Positions 6,423 to 14,165 of a stretch of 14,165 nt of DNA are shown piece after piece. The first letter of the stretch is position 1; the number at the start of each line of letters is the position of its first letter. Below the pieces are notes generated by a model. The model saw nothing but the letters and a program-made list of their open reading frames with translations. It searched no databases and had not been told where the DNA came from. Source of the stretch: Azolla caroliniana (taxonomy: Eukaryota; Plantae; Polypodiophyta); contig JBHGNT010000893.1 in assembly GCA_043228905.1 (NCBI GenBank), positions 1-14,165 on the forward strand. The letters are read 5' to 3'. A program made the translations under genes and the position numbers.

Positions 6423-8558
6423 GTCACAAGCCTTATTCTTACTCTCATTGTTTATAATCTCTGTCTCTCTGTCTCTCTCTCCCTATATATATTTCTCTGA
6501 TGCTCAAAATCATATACATCTATGTTTATGCCATTTAGACTCATGCATCCATCATTCGGAATCTAGGTATATGTTTTTCTCTTATACTGAAAATCACATG
6601 GATCCATATTATATTCTTTTTTGGATTCATGCGGTCATCGTCAAGTGTTATGTCTTTTTCCGCTGTCACATTTTGAACATATCGTGCATTTGATTGGGAC
6701 TTTCGAGTAGTTTTTAGTTATGTTATTCCATGAGCCTGATCATAGTTCACATTTATTTGAACTCATGCTTTTAATCACATCGTTTATATTTAATCTTGTG
6801 GTTCTATATCCTTGATCATGTAATGTGAGCATATGTATTTCATCATGTGGTTCTGTATCCTTTATCTTGTCATCATAATGGAATTTCATCAGGTGAGTTC
6901 GTATCCTTGATCTTATTTAGCATTTGCTTTTGTATGTGTGCTTCATTCTGTATGCTTCGTATCAGGCAAAACAAAAGATCACATCTATCTAATTGCATTT
7001 TAGTGCTTTTTTTTATCTAAAGAAAACTTGCATCTCATCACACGTTCAGTGCCATTTTATCGATAGGAAGCTGGCATCTAATCCCATTGCTGTGCCATTT
7101 TATCTAAAGACAAGGGCTCTCCGAAAATACTAATTTCATTGTTTGACAGGTCTTTTGCATCTGTGGATGGTATATTTTGCCTCTTTGAAGGCACACTTGA
7201 AAACTTGCCTACGTTGAGGCAAGAATATGGTCTTGCGAAAAATATAACAGATGTCGTGTTGGTCATCGAAGCCTATCGAACATTGCGCGACCGAGGTCCT
7301 TTCCCACCTCACAAAGTTGTGAAGGATTTTGAAGGGCGTTTTGTATTCGTTCTTTTCGACAGTAACAACAATGATGTCTTTGTTGCTATGGTAAGCTCGG
7401 CAAACATTATTATACTCTGATTTTTTTAACAAGATGGATTAACTAAAACATCTAGAATGCTAGATTTTTACTTTCCCCCAAACCCTATAACATCTGAGCT
7501 ATCAAGGTGATACGTAGATTAGTAGGATGTAGTCTGAATAAAATAATAGAATAGAAAAGAGAGATGTCTGCACACAGGTGGTTATACATTTGTTCAATGT
7601 AATGTATGCTCTTTGATTTGCATCTTGAATGGTGGATGAGCAAGATTAAGATGCTAATCAATAAGCAGAAGCTGATTTCTCATATGATTTCTTCTCATAT
7701 ATTTCCCACATGGCATACCGTAATCAGTTTGAGTAATGATGAATAAACTATATAACTCACGTCCGTAATGTTCATTAATTAGGCATTTATTGGTTTTCCA
7801 TTTTTTCTCAAGTTTAAATTCTGTGTTGTGAGATGTGAAGGACAAGGATGGTAAGGTTCCTTTCTACTGGGGAACTGCAGCAGATGGATGCCTTACATTT
7901 AGTGATACTGCAGAAATTTTAAAAGCAGGATGTGGCAAATCATTTGCACCTTTCCCACCAGGTAAATCACTCGATAAATATCTGTAGTCGAAGCTTAATC
8001 CACACTGATTAAGCCATTGCTTAATAATAAACAAACTTCATATGCTGGATCAAAAAGATCGGTGGATATCCTTTTTCTTAGGTTTAACTTTGTCCTCAGC
8101 CATTGCATAGGAAACAGAGAAACAAATTCACATTGGTCATTGTATTGTATTGAATTGAATGGAGTAGAAAAGTGAATCAAACATAGGAAACAGAGAAACA
8201 AATTCACATTGATCATTGTATTGTATTGAATTGAATGGAGTAGAAAAATGAATCAAGCATAGGAAACAGAGAAACAAATTCACATTGGTCATTGTATTGT
8301 ATTGTATTGAATGGGGTAGAAAAATGAATCAAAAAACATGGTCGGTGTATATTTTTCTCAGGTTGTTTCTTCACTAGCCATGTGGGACTTCAGAGCTTTG
8401 AATACCCACTTCAGAAGATTGAACCTGTGCCAAGAGTGGATAGCCAAGGTCAACTGGTAGGGACAGAATTCAAGGTAGACATGGAGAACATGGATCTTGA
8501 AAGAAGAGAGAGTATGCATAGAATAGGAAGCCAAGCCAATTGGACCCAATCTATATGA
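6226..8558 (+). CDS. TSJT1: Stem-specific protein TSJT1-like / aluminium-induced protein with YGL and LRDR motifs (AILP1/wali7, DUF3700 family); join(6226..6422,7150..7390,7841..7961,8362..8558), 251 aa
   Basis: Four GT-AG-bounded exons (197+241+121+197 = 756 nt) splice in frame: MLAMFHASVVHAPREL...QEYGLAK...IEAYRTLRDRGPFP...VPFYWG...GCGKSFAPFPPGCFFTS...PVPRVDSQG...FKVD...RIGSQANWTQSI*. All family motifs are present. The symbol is family-level, not an orthology call. Confidence 0.95.
6797..6914. repeat. Degenerate ~46-50 bp triple repeat in the intron after coding exon 1
   Basis: GTGGTTCTATATCCTTGATC, GTGGTTCTGTATCCTTTATC and GTGAGTTCGTATCCTTGATC. Confidence 0.7.
7150..7390 (+). CDS. TSJT1: AILP1/TSJT1-like coding exon 2
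   Basis: Acceptor TTGACAG|G; contains the YGL and LRDR motifs; donor ATG|GTAAGC. Confidence 0.95.
7841..7961 (+). CDS. TSJT1: AILP1/TSJT1-like coding exon 3
   Basis: DKDGKVPFYWGTAADGCLTFSDTAEILKAGCGKSFAPFPP(G); acceptor GTGAAG|; donor CAG|GTAAAT. Confidence 0.92.
8106..8333. repeat. Near-perfect 76-bp x3 tandem repeat in the last intron
   Basis: Units start CATAGGAAACAGAGAAACAAATTCACATTG at 8106, 8182 and 8258, with only a few substitutions. Confidence 0.97.
8362..8558 (+). CDS. TSJT1: AILP1/TSJT1-like coding exon 4 (terminal)
   Basis: Acceptor TTTTTCTCAG|; CFFTSHVGLQSFEYP...PRVDSQG...RIGSQANWTQSI, then TGA at 8556-8558. Confidence 0.95.
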
Positions 8559-8772
8559 GAATGGGCAGAACTTGCAACAAAAATGAATAATTACCGGTAA
8601 TGCTTGATTATCCTAATGGCTAGCCTTGGAAATCTAATCCTTGGGGTGTGTGTGAGGATGGACATACCATGTCTGTATAATGAACTATATTGAACTTCTT
8701 CTACCATGCCTGAATAATCCCATGGCTATATAGCCTTGGAAAGTTAGTTAATCCTTGGTGAGATGGAGACAA

Positions 8773-8778
8773 AATAAA
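8773..8778 (+). terminator. Candidate polyadenylation signal AATAAA
   Basis: Lies 215 nt after the stop codon and is followed by GT-rich sequence. Confidence 0.35.
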
Positions 8779-9014
8779 ATAATATGTGGACTTTATCATT
8801 GGAGTGTGGGATGGATTTTGTACGTTCACCAAGGGCTGGTTCACCCCCAATTCCCTGTAACATTTGTTGCAAAAGTTTGTTGGTGAAAATTCAGAAATTT
8901 TTGTTCAACTCGGATATGATTTTGTAAGTCTACCAAAGGGAAAGTTCGCCAAACTCCAGCACATAGTGCAAGAGTTTGTGGGTGAAATTGAAAAATCCCG
9001 GTCTGACTTTACCC

Positions 9015-9400
9015 TAATAATCAGCGACGGTTCAGTTTGAACCGAATTGAACCGTGAAACTACGGCTTTAACTGTTCGGTTCGGTTTGATTGAGGTTCAA
9101 GTTTGTTTAACGGTTCGGTTTGGGGGGGTGAAACATTTGGTTTGGTTTGTTTTTAATGGTTTCAAACTGCAGTTTAAATTGTTTGATGGTTTTTAAATAT
9201 TGAACTTTTAAAATTTTAAACTTTAAATTTTGACTTAAGTTGAAAATTGAAATCGAACCTTGAAAGTCCGGTTGTAATAGTTAAATGGTTTAATTGCTTA
9301 ACAGTTCGGTTTAATGGCTTTGTGGTTCGCTTCAAGTGTCAAAAATTTTAAACGGTTCGGTGTTCACTCTAAAACTCAACTGAACCATTGGTGATTGTTA
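9015..9400. mobile_element. Non-autonomous hAT-like DNA transposon (MITE), 386 bp
   Basis: TIR TAATAATCAGCGACGGTTCAGTT (9015-9037) matches the reverse complement of 9378-9400, TAACAATCACCAATGGTTCAGTT, at 19/23. The 8-bp TSD is CTTTACCC (9007-9014)/CTTTACCT (9401-9408). Many internal AACCG/CGGTT motifs are present. Confidence 0.85.
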
Positions 9401-12151
9401 CTTTACCTTGCCCTTTGTAACTTAGGAAAAGTATCAATTGACTTGCTTTATGCTATCCGATTGCAAAAACTTAAAAGTATGCTTGTACCAACATGCCCAG
9501 TCGAAGTTGATGCCCTTACATAAAATTAAAGCCTAAACAAAATTTAAAAATGATATATATGTATGCAAAGTATCTTAATCATGAAATTTAGAGTATATAT
9601 TAGTTTGCCTATTTTATTAGCATAATTTGCGTTGCAAAATAAATTAATGTAGCATTTTGAATTGAATGAAGCGACTTGAATGAAGATAGGATATAATGAA
9701 AGTTGATTTTGGTTTTCACAAAATAATGTGAATCAACATACTCAAGATAGGGAGAGAAAGAGAGTATAATTATAAGCCATTTGATCAATGTATCGTATAT
9801 GTATGGGGATACAAACTCATATTATGTATTGTGTATTGCCATTTCATGCATTTGAGGTGTATTGCAACCAACATTTCCAAGGTTTGATGCATATTGTTTT
9901 CTTTATGCATTATACCCTCCCTCATTTGCTCACCCCACATGTTACACGAGAGGAATTTTATTTCCAAATCATTTTGTCACATTTTGCAATCATTCAAAAT
10001 CACAACTTTTTTTGGTTCTTTGATTTATTTTTTTGTTTGCTTAAAATGAGATTCTAGGAAGCAAATGTAAAGGGTCTTTTAATCTTGCACATGTACTCAA
10101 TAACCCTTTCCATGGCTATGATCTTAATGGGTAGTGGTATGGTCTTAAGAAAGAGCATCCACAGCTATCGTAGCTTCACTTCATTGAAATTTCATAGGAA
10201 AACTCTTTCCAACAACCCCATACCACCCCATACCAAAACACTTGTGTTATCGAAGTGTCAAAGAGGTATTTATTGAGATTCCAACATTTAATTTCTCTAC
10301 CATTGGATATGTTCTCAAATGCACAATCATCAATGTTTCATGCTCTAAGAAACATGAAGAACATTCATTTCATCCATGAATGGAGGTAACCTCAAGCCCA
10401 AGGTATTTTCTTTGAAAAACATGTAATATTTTTAGAGGCATGTTGGGCACAATCTACTTCACCACACCTATGATGATATCACCTACATTTGTTTGTGTCG
10501 TGTAGTTGGTAACAATAGGATGACATCTTATACTTGGTGGATTTTAATACTAGAAGTAGAATCCATTTTGTCTCTAATGCAAGAGTCCAATTATATATAG
10601 ATTGATATTTGGCGAAATACTTAAGTTTTAAAGTTATTAGCACTTGTTGCAAATATGTTCAGATGGTCAAAATTTATGTTTATTGTGTAAAGTATTGAAC
10701 AAAGAATATTTCTAATGAGGATATGATCTTGGCTTATTGGTTGGTGTGCATAAAGTAGAAAGCCATTGTTAACAAATCCACCAATTTGCCTTGATACATA
10801 TTGGTTCCTCCAACACAACATTTTCTGTTGATTTTGTGACATAAGGATTTGTGTGTGTGGGTAGTGTGCAAGTCTATTCATACGATCACAAATTTAACAT
10901 CACTAGCATTATGAAAGTCAAACTTATACATCCAATATCATAGACATTATTGTCGATGACAAATATATGTTGATCTACAATCCACATGATGCGATTTGTA
11001 GAGAATATGATGATGAATTCAATCACTACTATTGGTATGCAATTTTTTATAATCTTTTGGTTTTTCTTTGTTGAATAAATGTGTCTGGAGTGTAGATGGA
11101 GATCGAATTTAAACATTGAAGGGAATACTTATCTTGAGGCCTTTTCTCAACCGAACTTTATATGTTTAGTCAAAGACAACAACATCAATTCAATATAAAA
11201 GAGTTAGTTTCCTTTGTGACCACAAGTCAATATTGCTGGATGTTACAATAGGGCCAATTGTGTCTTTTACTTTTTAGTCCAATCCATTGTTTAGTATCAA
11301 AACTCGTACAACAGTTTAAGTTATATTGTATTGTATGCATATCAGCCCCATCCCCATTCATACCTTATGTCAAACAAAGAGAAAGGATAAAGTGAGACTT
11401 TAACTTGTTTGAACAAGAGAGGATTAATGAGAATTTGACTTCCTTGCACAAGAAATCATATCTTAATGAAGTGGGGAGATCCAATTGTTGCTATTGGAGT
11501 GATCATGATTGATTAAGACATGCTCAAGAAAAGTGACCAAACAAGGCATGATGCATGGTATTCACATCTATTACAGCACGGTAGGGATAATCTCCCCATG
11601 GCTAATCATATTTTACAAAATGAGACTGAAGGTAAGAATCATAAGTTTGATATTAGGGTTTTCAAATGCTTCAAGCATTGACATGATAAAAAAACGGAAA
11701 TAAACTAGAAAGGCTAAATAAACTAAATGCTGGACATATTGAAGAATAACCATGGCTGCATTCCAGAAAAAGCCATCCCCACATCAAAGGTCCAGTAATA
11801 AACAAATTAACAATGAGTAAGGTTTATGGCAAACGTAAGGTATCACAATACATTTGGTGAACCACAATACAATATTAGCTATGAAAGAACAATAAACAAA
11901 TGTTGGGCTAATTCACATGTCAAGAATGACAAATCTTCATGAGTAATAATGTCAGTTAGAGCCCCAATCAAAAGCATACCGTGTGAACAGGGCATTGCTA
12001 TACAAAATGCATCTAATAGGGCCTTCTAACTCATCCACCCATGCTTGGCTTTATCTCACCAATGAGTATGATGACTTAATTGTTTCTGCTTTAGCAGAAA
12101 AACAAAACATTATATGCGACAACGGAAACAAAATATAAAGAAATGAGTACA

Positions 12152-12436
12152 TTATATGCGGCAATTTAAGCAATTACAAGACATAGGTTGGAATGAGCAA
12201 AATCCAAAGGGCTTATCCGGCGACCCACAAGTGATTGTATAGCAGCATGCAGTTGGTATGCAAAATCTTCTTCCTTCACCACAACATGTGCATAGTGCAC
12301 AAACTTGGAAACTCCCGAGGTTCCTTCTACTGCTGTTAAAAATTTTCTGTTCCAAACCTAGCTGAGGGAAAACTTCCCATTTAGTAATGTTGCTCGGAAG
12401 ATCATGCTGCAAAGGCCCATTTGGGACCACCTCACC
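12152..12436 (-). CDS. Terminal coding exon of an uncharacterised plant cysteine-rich protein (12-Cys C-terminal domain; resembles the family I recall as DUF7866)
   Basis: Acceptor TTTTGATCTAG| ends at 12437. The exon encodes GEVVPNGP...SSRRNLGSFQVCALCTCCGEGRRFCIPTACCYTITCGSPDKPFGFCSFQPMSCNCLNCRI*. The pattern CxxCxCC-C-CC-C-PFGFC-CNCxxC matches conserved plant hypothetical proteins. The upstream exon was not found in the window. Confidence 0.85.
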   Translation of the reverse strand, partial: GEVVPNGPLQHDLPSNITKWEVFPQLGLEQKIFNSSRRNLGSFQVCALCTCCGEGRRFCIPTACCYTITCGSPDKPFGFCSFQPMSCNCLNCRI

Positions 12437-13528
12437 CTAGATCAAAATGGAACACATAGTTAAAAACTGAAAATGCAAGAAACAACTTTCGATCGACAAG
12501 AAGTAAGCTGTTCATAAGATAATAAATCAACAGCATTTGATCAAGTCTGACCTATGAGATCAAAAACATAGTGTTTTTACCTAATATATGTCAAAATGAC
12601 TAGCAATTCTCAATGTTCAAGAAATTTATTGTTGAATGTCGCAATTGGAGTGCACACTATGACTCTGAGAGAATTTTATGCAAGGATTGGGTTGGGTCAA
12701 AGATATGTGTAAAGCATAGTCTAATGTGATTAACGGCAAAGTATTGTATCAAAGTATATTAAGTTCCCAAAACTTGGTTAGGGCGTGATCCCATCTCAAA
12801 TAGGACAGTATATGGCATTTGTTTCTTGACTTCGACAAACTTTGTAAAAACGTTATTGGAGATTTTCAAACTCATTTCCATGAAGATTTATGAATGCTAC
12901 TGCTCTGGTGTCATCAAAGTGTCACCGAAGTGTCGAGACAATATTTCTTGAGGGCCCAACATTTAGTTTTCCCACAATTGCCTATATTCTCAAACGCATG
13001 ATATGCTCTCTTTCCCACCTCTAAGTCGCGGGTAGCACATTCATTTCATCGATGATTTGAGGAAATAGAGAGAGTGAGAAAGATTATACCGAAGCATTAT
13101 CATGCAGTATTTACAAACAGGTCCAAATATAAAACTAGATGTAGCTAGAATTTTGCCCATCTTAACAATCCAAAAGCACAAAATTTGTCAACAAACATCA
13201 TGAAGATCATTAACTAGACAATGTGGCCTCCTTATTCAGATGTGTAAAGTGTGGGGGAAGATATAAATACACAGTTCATCCTATCAAAATGCTAACTGTA
13301 AATTGAAAATTTATAAAGCATCTCCAAGGAGAGTTATCATCAGACTTAGCCTAGAACAAGTCATACCACTACATAGGAAAAGGATTTTCATTCATATGTA
13401 CAACATTGTATAAGCCCAATCTGTAATATGGTTGCAGCTTTATAAAGGAACATACCACAGAGATAAGATAGGCTGATGTTAACAAGAGGACCTTTTCATT
13501 GGACGATTTCTGATGATGTAAAAAAAAG

Positions 13529-13919
13529 GAATACTGATCACATAGCATCACCTACAAAATGCTGGTTCTAACGATGGCCTCATATATAACCACAATCAAA
13601 TACATTCCGAGGGATTTGCAAAGATCTATCATGCTGTAAGAGAAAAGAATACGAATCAGATAGCATCACCTATAAATGCTGGTTTGAAACATGGCCTCCT
13701 GTACGACCACGGCCCAATACATTCATATGGATTTGCAAAGAACGGCCAGTTCCTTCTTGACAAGAGACATTGTTGAAAGGCCCTTCTTCAACAGAACCCT
13801 TCATTTGATGATCAAGAAAAATGAATACTAACCAAAGACCATCATCTATGAATGCTGGTTTGAACCATGGCCTCCTATATGACCATGGTCCAATACATTC
13901 TAAAGGATTTGGAAATATC
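13529..13919. repeat. Three degenerate ~97-bp direct repeats (13529-13626, 13647-13743, 13823-13919), probably intronic
   Basis: Each unit reads GAATAC..CATCA.CTA...AATGCTGGTT.....ATGGCCTC.T.TA..ACCA.....AATACATTC....GGATTTG.AAA. Confidence 0.88.
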
Positions 13920-14165
13920 GTGTCTTTTGGAAGCCCCTTCTTCCATGTCCAAATAGTGTTTACTAGTCAATGAAGGCTCATCAAATGTATAACCATATCA
14001 ACCATCAATGTATCAATAGAGATCTAATCTACACTCTTACGAATTCATGATATCACAAGAAAGAAACCTACAAGTTACATGTTCATCTCTTCCCTAAATA
14101 GCAAAATATGCAATAAAATCAACTATCTTTCTATCAATAGTCTTCCAAACTATACTACACATTAT

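Noticed and set aside
6423-6693. C-terminal part of the 155-aa ORF 6226..6693
   Set aside because: Read-through into the intron; family homology resumes at 7150 after splicing.
8106-8333. CRISPR-like array
   Set aside because: Head-to-tail units without unique spacers, inside a eukaryotic intron, with no cas genes. The same applies to the 13.5-13.9 kb repeats.
8441-8760. miR169-like or miR169-target-like words (TAGCCAAGG, TCCTTGG)
   Set aside because: Only 7-9 nt match, with no precursor hairpin and no extended complementarity.
9430-11750. Short ORFs (60-89 aa) as genes or transposase remnants
   Set aside because: No recognisable motifs in the frames I examined; AT-rich degenerate DNA. A TBLASTX/HMM search would be needed to exclude TE relics.
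12428-12430. GTG as the start codon of the 92-aa ORF
   Set aside because: Eukaryotic gene; the ORF is an exon entered by the splice acceptor at 12437.

Overview
Eukaryotic, plant-type, AT-rich genomic DNA. A non-seed plant such as a fern is plausible, but that is an inference from the retrotransposon type. (1) 1-973: truncated minus-strand Ty3/gypsy chromovirus-like LTR retrotransposon, with a gag relic carrying one in-frame stop and a 404-bp 5' LTR with 13-bp terminal inverted repeats. It shows a Tf1-style self-priming signature instead of a tRNA PBS, and a tRNA-like sequence sits in U3. A second, older LTR-like segment probably lies at ~1183-1668. (2) A complete plus-strand spliced gene of the AILP1/TSJT1/wali7 family (aluminium-induced protein with YGL and LRDR motifs), CDS join(6226..6422,7150..7390,7841..7961,8362..8558), 251 aa. 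It has a GC-box promoter, a microsatellite-rich leader, a 5'UTR intron and a 3x76-bp intronic tandem repeat. (3) A hAT-like MITE at 9015-9400 with 23-bp TIRs and an 8-bp TSD. (4) The terminal exon (12152-12436, minus) of a convergent gene for a 12-Cys cysteine-rich peptide with an RRxL motif. The rest is degenerate intergenic or intronic DNA that I could not assign. I see no firm evidence for a wholly new system; the LTR architecture and the cysteine-rich peptide are the best leads.
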